The notes below the pieces were generated by a model that did no database searches, had not been told where the DNA came from, and saw only the letters and a list, made by a program, of their open reading frames with translations. From a virus (taxonomy: Duplodnaviria; Caudoviricetes), in IMG/VR virus record IMGVR_UViG_3300026975_000004, positions 1 to 39,057 of that record: 39,057 nt of DNA; one strand, written 5' to 3'. Positions 8,549 to 17,925 of the stretch are shown in pieces. Made by a program: the position numbers and the translations under genes. Position 1 is the stretch's first letter. Each line of letters starts with the position of its first letter.

Positions 8549-8776
8549 TTGATGGAATGGACAAAGGAGATACCTACGCAGCCGGGGTATTACTGGTTGC
8601 AATACTACGATGATGGTCTGGGTGGGTATGAGCTTACTTTTGTTGCTCTTTATATTTTAAAAAAAGACGGAACCGCTGTCTATTTTATGCTCGGTTCTGA
8701 TGAAGAATGCGTGGCAGAGGAAGACGCTGTCGATGGTAAGTGGTTTGGTCCAATTGAGCCACCGGGTGAGAGTTAA
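8549..8776 (+). CDS. Hypothetical phage protein
   Basis: WTKEIPTQPGYYW...WFGPIEPP motif of small phage proteins; stop overlaps terL start. Confidence 0.65.
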   Translation: MMEWTKEIPTQPGYYWLQYYDDGLGGYELTFVALYILKKDGTAVYFMLGSDEECVAEEDAVDGKWFGPIEPPGES

Positions 8777-10763
8777 TGTACTTCTCCGCCGACACTATAT
8801 CCATCCCCGCCCGCTGGCGGCCTGTCGATTACGATATCGATGGCGAAATCACGCTGCGGCTGTATGCCGGCGAGAAAAAGCGGTTTCGCAAGCGGCCGCC
8901 CATCAAGGTCAGCGCCTGGGCCGAGCGGCACCGGGTGGTGGTCAAGAGCCGCACGCCCGGGCGCTGGCGCAATTCCACGGCGGCCTATCTGGCCGGCATC
9001 ATGGATGCAGCCGGTGAAAAGTGCGTGGAAACGGTGGGGATCTGCGCAGGGCCCCAGAGCGGCAAGACCGAGGCGGTCAATACTTTTATCGGCTACGCCA
9101 TCGACCGGGCGGCGGGTGATGTACTGATCGTCTACCCCAACGAAAACGACGCCAAGGAAAACAGCACCGACCGCATCCAACCGATGATCACCTCCAGCCG
9201 GCGGCTCAACAGCTACACCACCGGCTACGCCGACGACCTGGCCGGCACCCGGATCAAACTGGAGCACATGGTCATCTACCTAGGTTGGGCCACATCGGCC
9301 AGCCGCCTGGCCAACCGCCCCTGCCGCTACGTGGTGTTCGACGAAACGGACAAGTACCCGGAGACCACCAACAAGAAAGAGGCCGACCCCATCAGCCTGG
9401 GCAAGGCGCGTGCCATCACCTATCGCGGCCTGCGCAAGTATTTCCTGATTTCCACCCCCACCACCGAGGGGAATTACATCTGGCAGTACATCAGCAACGA
9501 GGCCAGCGCGGTTTTCGACTTCTGGGTGAAGTGCCCCGAGTGCGGCGGCTGGCAGAAGATGGCCTTTTCCGAAAAGGATTCCAGCGGCGCCACGGTCTAC
9601 CGCATCAAGGTGCCGGAGGGCGAGCGCGACGCTAACAAGATCCTGGAGCAGGACCTGGCCTGGTACGAGTGCGCCAAGTGCGGCGCCCATTGGGACGACG
9701 CCACCCGGGACCGGGCCGTGCGCGACGGCCAGTGGCGCGATCGCAAATACCAGCGCGAGCTATTCGCCTACCTGGCGGCCTTCAAGCCGAAATCCATCGG
9801 CTTTCACATTCCGGCCTGGATATCGCCGTTTGTTGGTCTGAGCGAGATCATGTCCGATTGGTTCAAGGCCCAGAACGACAAAACCAAACTGAAGGACTTC
9901 CAGAACAAACGGGCCGCCGAGCCGTGGCGGGCTTATGAGGTGGTCCGCAAGGGGGATGCGATTCTGAAGCTGCGGGGGATGCGATTCTGAAGCTGCGGGA
10001 TGATCGGCCGCGTACTCGAGTACCTGGCGGTGGAGAGGTTGCCTGCCTGACTGCCGGAGTGGATACCCAGGACGCGGGTTTTTGGTATTCGATCAGGGCA
10101 TGGGGTTGGGGTGGTGTCGAGCTGCTGAAGCCAAGCTGGTGCATCCGGGCCGGATACTGTCTGACGTTCGAAGAGCTGGCGCGGATTCTCTGGAGCGATC
10201 AGTACACGGATGCTGCTGGCCATGAATATGTTGTCCGCCTGACAGTGCAGGACCGCCTGGGCCATCGCACCCGGGAGGTGGACACGTTTTGCCTCAAGCA
10301 TCGCGGGAAGATTCTCCCGAGCCAGGGCAAGGATGTCATGGCCCAGCCGGTCACCTGGTCGACCATCGAATATTACGCCGGTACATCCAAGGCCATCCCG
10401 ACCGGTTTGAAGGCGGTGAACGTCAACACGAAATATTTCAAGGATGAACTCTCGCGCCTGCTGCTGATCGATGCCGGCGACCCGTCGGCGTTTCTCTTCT
10501 ATAATGATTTCCCGGAGGCCTACGCCGATCAGTACACGGTGGAATACCCCAATGAAAAGGGTTTGTGGGAATGCCCGAAAAACAAGGCCAACCACTTGTG
10601 GGACTGCGACGTTTTAAACCTGGTAGCGCATGAGCTTATGGGGGTTTACAAATGGCCGAAGCCGGAAACCCAACCCCAGGACGCACCGCCGCCCGAGGAT
10701 AAAGGCGGCGGGTGGATCAAGGCCGGCGGGTTGTCTGCCGGCGGTTGGATCAATAGGCGTTAA
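8776..10763 (+). pseudogene. Terminase large subunit (lambda GpA family), frameshifted by a 23-bp tandem duplication
   Basis: ATPase part with GPQSGKTE, VVFDETDKYP and ISTPT; nuclease part with LTAGVDTQD and NHLWDC; removing one repeat copy gives a single 654-aa frame. Confidence 0.93.
9951..9999 (+). repeat. Perfect tandem duplication of GGGGGATGCGATTCTGAAGCTGC (23 bp x2, plus GGG)
   Basis: Copies at 9951-9973 and 9974-9996. Confidence 0.97.
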
Positions 10764-10785
10764 TAACACTGAAAGGAGATGTATC

Positions 10786-11088
10786 ATGGAAAAAGTAAGT
10801 GAAGACAAAGGTGGTGCCAACGTTCAACCTGATGGTGTGTCGGATCATACGGGGGCATCCATTGACGAGCCCGGAGCGGATGTGGCAGGCGTTGTCGCGA
10901 GTATTGATGAGGCTTTGCCGGGTGCTTCGATCGAGAAGACGTGCCTTACATGCCGCATGCTGGGCTACAACACGCCGGACGACATGAAGCTCAAAAAGGG
11001 CCAGAAGTGGTGCCCCAAGGTGAAAATTATCGTCGATCTGAAAACACCACTGGACGACTGCGAATACTGGCGGCAGCCGTCTGCATGA
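10786..11088 (+). CDS. Hypothetical protein with C-terminal Cys cluster
   Basis: AAGGAG RBS before ATG 10786; CxxC...C...C. Confidence 0.6.
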   Translation: MEKVSEDKGGANVQPDGVSDHTGASIDEPGADVAGVVASIDEALPGASIEKTCLTCRMLGYNTPDDMKLKKGQKWCPKVKIIVDLKTPLDDCEYWRQPSA

Positions 11089-11151
11089 GGGAGCATGCTG
11101 CCGGGGCGGTTTCGATCCCGGCAGCCCACTAAAATATTGGAGCGCGATTAG

Positions 11152-11409
11152 ATGGCCGAACCCCGGGTATTTACCCAGAAAAAGGAGATCATGGCCTACC
11201 TGGGCACGTCCAGGCACAATGTGGTGGATGCTCTGGTGCAGGCGGGCCTGCCGGTGGTGTTCATCAACAACCGCTGGTGGAGCTCGCCGGCGGCCATCGA
11301 CGCCTGGCTCAGGGACTTTTTTTTGCAATGCCGGGGCCAGCAGATGGAGGCCAAGCCCGGGGGAACCCTTCCCCGGGAGATTCTCGATTTTGTTGACGAC
11401 CACCCATAA
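11152..11409 (+). CDS. Small winged-HTH DNA-binding protein, candidate late-operon activator
   Basis: KEIMAYLGTSR...GLPV...RWWSSPAAIDAW excisionase/MerR-like pattern; directly precedes head-operon intergenic region. Confidence 0.55.
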   Translation: MAEPRVFTQKKEIMAYLGTSRHNVVDALVQAGLPVVFINNRWWSSPAAIDAWLRDFFLQCRGQQMEAKPGGTLPREILDFVDDHP

Positions 11410-11446
11410 GAAAAAACAGCCCGTTTTACTATGCTGTCAATACCCT

Positions 11447-11562
11447 TATCCATATACTATCCATAGCTTATCCATGTACTAACGATATACGTTAGACATT
11501 CCCCCTAAAACCCCATGATATGGTGGTGGCGTAAATTCACACCACTAAATCGTGGGGTTTTT
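11447..11562 (+). promoter_or_regulatory. Late (head) operon control region: phased repeats and long hairpin
   Basis: TATCCAT at 11447, 11458, 11469 (11-bp period); imperfect inverted repeat AAAACCCCATGATATGGTGGTG/CACCACTAAATCGTGGGGTTTT. Confidence 0.55.
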
Positions 11563-11564
11563 TC

Positions 11565-11789
11565 ATGGCCTTTTCCGCCACCGACCTGTCCAACGTAGAG
11601 TCCGCCATCGTTTCGCTGTCCACCGGGGCGGCCGTGGCCCGCATTACGGTCAACGGCAAAACCGTGGAATACCAGCCATCCACCCTGGACCAGCTGATCA
11701 AGCTGCGCAACGTGATCCAGGCGGATGTGCAGGCGGCCTCATCCGCCGGCGGGTTCATCAACAAGGCGAGGTTCGACAACCCGACATGA
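11565..11789 (+). CDS. gpW-like head-tail joining protein
   Basis: 74 aa, LSNVESAI...ITVNGKTVEY...L..LR pattern, ATGA overlap with portal as in lambda W-B. Confidence 0.75.
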   Translation: MAFSATDLSNVESAIVSLSTGAAVARITVNGKTVEYQPSTLDQLIKLRNVIQADVQAASSAGGFINKARFDNPT

Positions 11790-13306
11790 GCAACTTTATC
11801 GACCGCGTTATCGGCTATATCGATCCCGAACGGGCCCTGCGGCGCGAGGCCGCCCGCCGGATGATGGCGTCCGGCTTCAAGGCGGCCGACACGACCCGGC
11901 TGCGCAACAACTGGCTGCTGCCGGGCCAGGGGGCCGAGGCCGACGCCTCCCAGTGGGACCTATCCGTGCTGCGGGAGCGCTCCCGGGACGCCAACCGCAA
12001 CGATCCGGTGGCCGCCGGCGCCACCGATACCCTCAAAATCAACATCGTGGGCCGGGGCCTGCAGCCCCAGAGCCAGATCCGGGCGGAGGTGCTGGGCATC
12101 TCCACCGACCGGGCCGATGCCCTGCGGCGCCAGGCCGAGAGCGCTTTCCGCAAATGGAAGCCCATGGCCGACGCGGCCAACCGGCTGGACTTCGACGACA
12201 TCCAGTTTCTGGCCTTTGCCAAGGTGATCGAGGACGGCGAGAGCCTGGTGATCCCCACCTGGGCCAATGAGGCCTGGCGGCCCTTCGGCCGCTGCCTGGA
12301 GGTGATCGAGAGCGATCGCCTGTCCAACCCCGGCATCAAAAATAAAAACGCCAAAAACGGCATTGCTTTCGGCCGCCGTGGCGAGCCCCGAACCTACTAC
12401 ATCCGCAAGCCGGGCAAGATCCCCGGCACCACGGACACGGAATTCAACACCATTGCGGCCCGGGACAAACAGGGCCGCCCCAAGGTGTTTCACCTCTTTC
12501 CCCAGAAGCGGCCGGGGCAGACCCGGGGCATTCCGTTTTTTGCGCCGGTGCTGACCTATTTCAAAGACCTGGCCGATTACCTGGAAGCCGAGGTGGTGGC
12601 CGCCCGGGTGGCGGCCTGCCTGGCTGTTTTCGTCACCAAGGAAAACGCCATGGGATCGGCCATTAGCATGGGCCAGAGCACGGAAACCGGCACCAACGCC
12701 CGCATCCAGGGCATCGAGCCGGGCATGGTGGGCTACCTCGGCCAGGGGGAGTCCATCAGCGTGGTGGACCCCAAGCGGCCCGGCGACGCTTTCCCGGCGT
12801 TTATCGAGAGTGTGCTGCGGATTATCGGCATGGGCCTGGGCTTGCCTTACGAGCTGATCGCCAAGGATTTTTCCAAGACCAATTACTCCAGCGCCCGGGC
12901 CTCGCTTCTGGAAGGCCGCCGCATGTTCGAGAACTGGCGCTGGTGGTGGGCGCGGCATTTCTGCCAGCCCGTGTGGGACCTGGTCTTGGAGGAGGCGTTT
13001 TTGCGGGGCGAGTTCGACGCCCCGGACTTCTACCGCTTTCGGCACGAATACACCCGGGCCCGCTGGCTGGGCGGCGGCTGGGGCTGGGTGGACCCGGTGA
13101 AAGAAGTGGAAGCGGCCAGAAAGCGCGTGGACTACGGCTTTTCCACCCTGGCGGACGAAGTGGCCACCATGAGCGGCCAGGACTGGGAGGAAGTGGCCGA
13201 CCAGCGCCGCCGGGAAATCCCGGTGGAGCAGGACAACGGCGTGCTGCCGGCCGCCGCGGTCAAACCCAAAGACGACCCCGCGGAGGACCCCGATGGATCG
13301 CAATGA
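11786..13306 (+). CDS. Portal protein, lambda family
   Basis: LRERSRD..RND, RPGQTRGIP, DFSKTNYSSARA, WVDPVKE motifs. Confidence 0.95.
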   Translation: MSNFIDRVIGYIDPERALRREAARRMMASGFKAADTTRLRNNWLLPGQGAEADASQWDLSVLRERSRDANRNDPVAAGATDTLKINIVGRGLQPQSQIRAEVLGISTDRADALRRQAESAFRKWKPMADAANRLDFDDIQFLAFAKVIEDGESLVIPTWANEAWRPFGRCLEVIESDRLSNPGIKNKNAKNGIAFGRRGEPRTYYIRKPGKIPGTTDTEFNTIAARDKQGRPKVFHLFPQKRPGQTRGIPFFAPVLTYFKDLADYLEAEVVAARVAACLAVFVTKENAMGSAISMGQSTETGTNARIQGIEPGMVGYLGQGESISVVDPKRPGDAFPAFIESVLRIIGMGLGLPYELIAKDFSKTNYSSARASLLEGRRMFENWRWWWARHFCQPVWDLVLEEAFLRGEFDAPDFYRFRHEYTRARWLGGGWGWVDPVKEVEAARKRVDYGFSTLADEVATMSGQDWEEVADQRRREIPVEQDNGVLPAAAVKPKDDPAEDPDGSQ

Positions 13307-14675
13307 TTTCAGCCCGGGCAGTGCCTGGGGCATTGTACCGGAAAAATTTGAAGCGCTGCTGCGCCAGTTCCGCGACCTGCAGGCCGACGCCGGTTTGCTG
13401 AAAGAGGCCGCCGCCTTTGCCCCCGAGGGCATCGACGGCCCCAGCTACCGGGTGGCGGACGGTGTGGCCGTGATCGATATCAAGGGCCCGGTGACCGAGC
13501 GCATGAGCTTTTTCGCCTGGCTCTACGGCGCGGCCAACCTGCCCCGGGTGCGCTTTGACCTGGCTGCGGCCGTGGACGATCCGCAGGTGCGGGCCATCGT
13601 GCTGGATATCGATTCCCCCGGCGGTGTGATCAGCGGCGTGGACGAAACCGCCCGGGCCGTGGCCGCTGCCAACAAGGTAAAACCGGTTACCGCCTACACC
13701 GGCGGCATGATGGCGTCGGCCGCTTATTGGATCGGATCGGCTGCCGGAGATGTTGTGGCCGGACGCACGGCCGAGCTGGGCAGCATCGGCGTTTTCATGG
13801 TGCATGAGGACTGGACCAAATTCGACGAGCGTTACGGCATCACCACCACCGTGATCAAGGCGGGCAAGTACAAGGCACTACACCTGGAGCCTCTCACCAA
13901 AGAGACCAAGGCCGTGTTGCAGGCCGAGGTGGACGCCATTCACGATATTTTTATCGCTTCGGTGGCCGAGGGCCGGGGCGTGGATGCAAAGGCCGTGCGG
14001 GAGCGCATGGCCGACGGCCGGGTGTTCATCGGCCAGGACGCCGTGGACACGGGCCTGGCCGACCGGCTGTCCAGCATAGATGATGTGATTGCTTCCGCGG
14101 CGCCCGACGGTGCGGCGGATTTTTCATTTGCAACCGCAGCGGCCACAAGCTCCGCTGCCAACGACAAGGAGACCATTATGAAATTTGAAACCGTAGCACA
14201 GCTGGAAGAAGCCTTTCCGGAGCTGGTCAACCAGATCCGCGAGGCGGCTATTGCTTCGGTCGATGTCTCCGCTGCCCGCGACGAAGGCCACCAGGCCGGC
14301 GTCAGCGAGGCGACACAGGCGGAGCGCGACCGGGTGACGGCCATTCTGGAGGCGGACGGCGATCACGATGTCACCATGGCGGCCATCAAGGACGGCACGG
14401 CGGCATCCGATGTTTTTAAGGCATTCTATCAGGCCGAGAAAAAGAAACGCGCCGATGGCCTTGCGGATCTGGAAGCCGGGGCCACCCCGCCCCAGGGGCA
14501 GGACACGGACACGGACGAGGTTGTCACGGGCACACCCGACCAGCAACTGGTGGCCAAGGCTAAAGAGCTGATGGCGGCGGATGCGTCGCTGACTATCGAC
14601 AAAGCCCTGGCCAAGGTGCAGGCCGAAGACAAAACCCTGGCCGGTCAGTACCGGAGCCAGTACACGGTCAACTAA
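13293..14675 (+). CDS. Prohead protease, S49 family (gpC-like), with C-terminal scaffold region
   Basis: LDIDSPGG, MASAAYWIGS, GSIGV, AGKYK motifs; in-frame internal ATG 14178 with AAGGAG. Confidence 0.93.
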   Translation: MDRNDFSPGSAWGIVPEKFEALLRQFRDLQADAGLLKEAAAFAPEGIDGPSYRVADGVAVIDIKGPVTERMSFFAWLYGAANLPRVRFDLAAAVDDPQVRAIVLDIDSPGGVISGVDETARAVAAANKVKPVTAYTGGMMASAAYWIGSAAGDVVAGRTAELGSIGVFMVHEDWTKFDERYGITTTVIKAGKYKALHLEPLTKETKAVLQAEVDAIHDIFIASVAEGRGVDAKAVRERMADGRVFIGQDAVDTGLADRLSSIDDVIASAAPDGAADFSFATAAATSSAANDKETIMKFETVAQLEEAFPELVNQIREAAIASVDVSAARDEGHQAGVSEATQAERDRVTAILEADGDHDVTMAAIKDGTAASDVFKAFYQAEKKKRADGLADLEAGATPPQGQDTDTDEVVTGTPDQQLVAKAKELMAADASLTIDKALAKVQAEDKTLAGQYRSQYTVN

Positions 14676-14724
14676 GCCGCACGCTAATAGGCGCCGGCAA
14701 CTCATTTAAAGAGGAGATATTACC

Positions 14725-15123
14725 ATGGCTAAAGAATACAGCGGCTTGGATATCAGCTTTCTGGCGGCGGAGGATCTTTCCTCGCACCAGTACTGCTTTG
14801 TGCATCAGGCTTCCGACACGACGGTGGATCTGCTGGACAGCGGCGCGGAGTTTCCCGTTGGCATCCTGCAGAATGCCCCGGAAAGCGGCGAGACGGCCGT
14901 GGTGCGCGTTATGGGCACCAGCAAGCTGGTGATGAACGATGCGGTGGCGGTCGGCGCTCAGGTCAAGGCCGAGTACGTGGGTGCCACCGACAACGGCAAG
15001 GGCGATGCCGCCGACAGCGAGGGCGACATTGCCCGCGGGGTCTGCATCCAGGCGTCCGGGGCCGAGGATGATGTCGGTGCCGTTCTGCTCATCGTCAATG
15101 AGTGGAGTGTGCCGGCCGGATAA
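14725..15123 (+). CDS. Capsid decoration/cement protein (DUF2190-like)
   Basis: Position between protease and capsid; VGILQNAPESGETAVVRVMGTSK pattern; strong RBS. Confidence 0.7.
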   Translation: MAKEYSGLDISFLAAEDLSSHQYCFVHQASDTTVDLLDSGAEFPVGILQNAPESGETAVVRVMGTSKLVMNDAVAVGAQVKAEYVGATDNGKGDAADSEGDIARGVCIQASGAEDDVGAVLLIVNEWSVPAG

Positions 15124-15184
15124 AGCCGGGCACTTTTATCCCTACGAGATCCAACAACTGATTCCATGAAAAAGGAGATATAAC

Positions 15185-16180
15185 ATGGACCCGACACCCA
15201 AGAGTGCCCACCAGGATGCGGCCCTCACGGCCATTTCCATCATGCACCGCAACCCCATGTACGTCTCGGACCGGGTTTTTCCCAATGTTCCGGTTCCGAA
15301 ACAGTCGGATATTTTCTACAAGTTTTTGAAGGCGGCCTGGTTCCGCATGGCTGGCAAACGCGGCCCCGGGGCCAAGGCCGGCCGCAGTGGTTACAAGGTG
15401 GATACCGACACCTACAAATGCCTGGAAACGGCCGAAGGCCACCCGGTGCCCATCGAACTTTTGAACAACGCCGATGCGGCCCTCAACCCCATGGCGGCGG
15501 CGGCCCGGTTTGCCACCAACGCGGTCATGCTGGCCAAGGAATACGATGTCAGCACACTGGTCATGAACACCAGCAACTGGACCACCACGGACGATGTGGC
15601 GGCCGGATGGGTGGGCGACACGTCCAGCACGTTTTATGCCGATATTATCGACAAAAAGGAAACCGTTCGAAAGCTGATCGGCCGCTACCCCAACCGGCTC
15701 CTGATCGAGGCCAAGACCTTCAAGGAAGTCAAAAAAACCCCTGAGCTGCTGGATCGCATCAAATACACCGGCACCCAGGGCAACCCGGCTGAAGTCACGG
15801 CCCAGACGCTGGCGGCCCTTTTCGAGCTGGAAGAGGTTTTGATCGGCGCCTCGATCTACACCGATGCCGAGGAGACTGTGGCGGGCGAGGAATGGAACGC
15901 CGTGGACCTGTGGGAAGTGACGGCCACCAAGGGGTCCGCCCTGCTTTATTATGCGCCTATGCAGCCTGAGCTCGAAGAGCCGTCCGCCGGCTACACCTTC
16001 AACTGGAAGGGGGCTGCCGGCGACATGGCCGAGCAGCTGGAAAGCGATGTCTACCGTGCGGTGCGCCGCTATTACGAAGAGGCTGAAAAGCAGTGGGTGG
16101 TGGAGTGCAGCGAGTACTACGACCCGAAGATCACCAGCGCGGATGCCGGTTGTCTCTTTTACGACACCATTGTGACTTAA
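15185..16180 (+). CDS. Major capsid protein
   Basis: 331 aa, AAGGAG RBS, position, DAALTAISI...DRVFPNVPV N-terminus typical of lambda-E-like capsids. Confidence 0.85.
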   Translation: MDPTPKSAHQDAALTAISIMHRNPMYVSDRVFPNVPVPKQSDIFYKFLKAAWFRMAGKRGPGAKAGRSGYKVDTDTYKCLETAEGHPVPIELLNNADAALNPMAAAARFATNAVMLAKEYDVSTLVMNTSNWTTTDDVAAGWVGDTSSTFYADIIDKKETVRKLIGRYPNRLLIEAKTFKEVKKTPELLDRIKYTGTQGNPAEVTAQTLAALFELEEVLIGASIYTDAEETVAGEEWNAVDLWEVTATKGSALLYYAPMQPELEEPSAGYTFNWKGAAGDMAEQLESDVYRAVRRYYEEAEKQWVVECSEYYDPKITSADAGCLFYDTIVT

Positions 16181-16208
16181 CGCTCCAATTTTTGGAGACA
16201 CCCCTTAA

Positions 16209-16244
16209 CCCTCCCGGGGTGCCGGACCGGCCCCGGGGGATTTT
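16209..16244 (+). terminator. Hairpin/terminator after capsid gene
   Basis: CTCCCGGGG...CCCCGGGGG stem then ATTTT. Confidence 0.55.
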
Positions 16245-16259
16245 AAACATGCGGATGCC

Positions 16260-16574
16260 ATGACATTCAACGACGACATTGCCAGCGGTTTGGCCACCAT
16301 CTTCTCCCATGCAGGTACAGCTGCCACCTACACGCCATCCGGCGGCGGCGATCCGGTTTCCTGCACCATCATGGTGGACAGCGAGCGGGTGATCCAGCCG
16401 GGCGGGTTTGTTCTGCCGGCGGCGGCCCAAGAGCTGACGCTGGAGGTTCAGATTTCGGAAGTGGCCTCGGTCAGCAAGGGCGACACGTTTGAGACGGCCG
16501 ACCGGACCTATATGGTTATGAGCGATGAAGAGCTTGAAAACGATGGCTTGACCATCAAGGCGGCGGTGCGATGA
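16260..16574 (+). CDS. Head-tail joining protein (gpFII-like)
   Basis: Size, position, ATYTPSGG and KGDTF...Y.V beta-rich pattern. Confidence 0.7.
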   Translation: MTFNDDIASGLATIFSHAGTAATYTPSGGGDPVSCTIMVDSERVIQPGGFVLPAAAQELTLEVQISEVASVSKGDTFETADRTYMVMSDEELENDGLTIKAAVR

Positions 16575-17197
16575 CCATGCGGATCGACATCAACCAGCGC
16601 GACATCCTGGATATCGAGCTGGCCCTGATGGGCATTCGCAACGGCGGGCCGAAAGCCCTGACCCGTGCCATCAACAAAACGCTTACCGGCGTGCGCACGG
16701 ACAAAACCAACGAAGCCGGCAAAATCCTGAACATGAAAAAGACCGACATCCGCAAGGCCGTAAAGATCAACAAGGCCACCTGGTCGAATATGTCGGCCAA
16801 GGTCAGCCGCAAGGGCAAGCCGGTGGCGCTGGCCAAGTTCAAGAACACCCGCCAGACCCGCAAGGGGGTTTCCGTGCTGGTGAAGGTCGGCGGTCAGCGC
16901 ACCATCCTGCGGCATGCTTTCCTGGCCACGATGAAGTCCGGCCACGTCGGCGTTTTCTGGCGCAAGGATGACACGTTTGTCGGCTACGCGGACAGCCCCA
17001 AGCTGACCGGCGCCGCCTACGGCGCGCTGCCGGAGCACTACCGCCTGCCCATCCGGGAGCTGTACGGCCCCCGGGTGGAAGACATTCTGGCCGATGAAAA
17101 GGTGATGGCCCGCATCGTCAAGAGCGCCAACGAGCGCCTGCAGAAAAACCTCGATCACGAGGTGAGCTACCTGCTGACCCAGGCGAGGGGCTCATGA
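16571..17197 (+). CDS. Minor tail protein (gpZ-like)
   Basis: Basic protein with RAINKT, HAFLATMKSGHVGVF, LPIRELYGP. Confidence 0.8.
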   Translation: MTMRIDINQRDILDIELALMGIRNGGPKALTRAINKTLTGVRTDKTNEAGKILNMKKTDIRKAVKINKATWSNMSAKVSRKGKPVALAKFKNTRQTRKGVSVLVKVGGQRTILRHAFLATMKSGHVGVFWRKDDTFVGYADSPKLTGAAYGALPEHYRLPIRELYGPRVEDILADEKVMARIVKSANERLQKNLDHEVSYLLTQARGS

Positions 17198-17907
17198 CCA
17201 CCACCATCCGCACCCAGATCATCGCCGGCTTTTTCCTGCGGGCGGGCGACATCCTGCAGGCGAACGGGTTTGCCACCGACATCGGCCAGAACGCCTACCA
17301 GGGCAAGGCCGTGGGGAAAAGCCTGCCCGGCATCGCGGTTTCTCCGGGCCCGGAGGAGTCGGAGCGGGACAACTCGGTGGTGGAGAACACCATGGAGATC
17401 ACCGTTTCCGGGTTCCGGACATTCGGCGCGGCCGAAGAGCCGGTGCTGATTTCCGAGCAGATCCTGGCGGACCTGATCGAGGCGTTTGTCGGAACGGAGT
17501 GGACGATCACGTTCACGGGCGGATCGGAAGAAATCGCCGTGGGCGACACCATTACCGGGGAAACCTCCGGCGCCACGGGCTACGTGGCGGACGTGGACAT
17601 CACGTCCGGGGCCTGGGCCACCGATGACGCGGCCGGCACGCTCACGATCCGGCGGGCCAGCGGCGACATCGACGGCGGGTTCCAGACCGGCGAAGCCATT
17701 ACCGAGGCGGGCGGATCGTCGGCCATTACAGCCATCAGCGGCCGGCATGCCGGGACCATTGTCACCGGCGGCCTGGCCAGATCGATTACCTATCAGTCGG
17801 GCGGGGCGGAGGATTATCCCGAGGGCGGCCAGACGGTTGCCGGGTCCGCCGCCACGTTCGATGTCGTTTACCGAACCAAGGCCGGGAACCCATACGCCCA
17901 GGCCTGA
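17194..17907 (+). CDS. Tail terminator-like protein with inserted domain
   Basis: TIRTQII...NGFATDIG N-terminus and FDVVYRT...NPY C-terminus; position before tail tube. Confidence 0.6.
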   Translation: MTTTIRTQIIAGFFLRAGDILQANGFATDIGQNAYQGKAVGKSLPGIAVSPGPEESERDNSVVENTMEITVSGFRTFGAAEEPVLISEQILADLIEAFVGTEWTITFTGGSEEIAVGDTITGETSGATGYVADVDITSGAWATDDAAGTLTIRRASGDIDGGFQTGEAITEAGGSSAITAISGRHAGTIVTGGLARSITYQSGGAEDYPEGGQTVAGSAATFDVVYRTKAGNPYAQA

Positions 17908-17925
17908 AACCAAGGAGGCGTTACC

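Noticed and set aside
9990-10059. Programmed frameshift, intron or intein in terL
   Set aside because: The break is fully explained by the exact 23-bp duplication
15109-15137. Hairpin plus TTTT between decoration and capsid genes
   Set aside because: Bulged, weak stem; could be a stabiliser or weak terminator but not well supported
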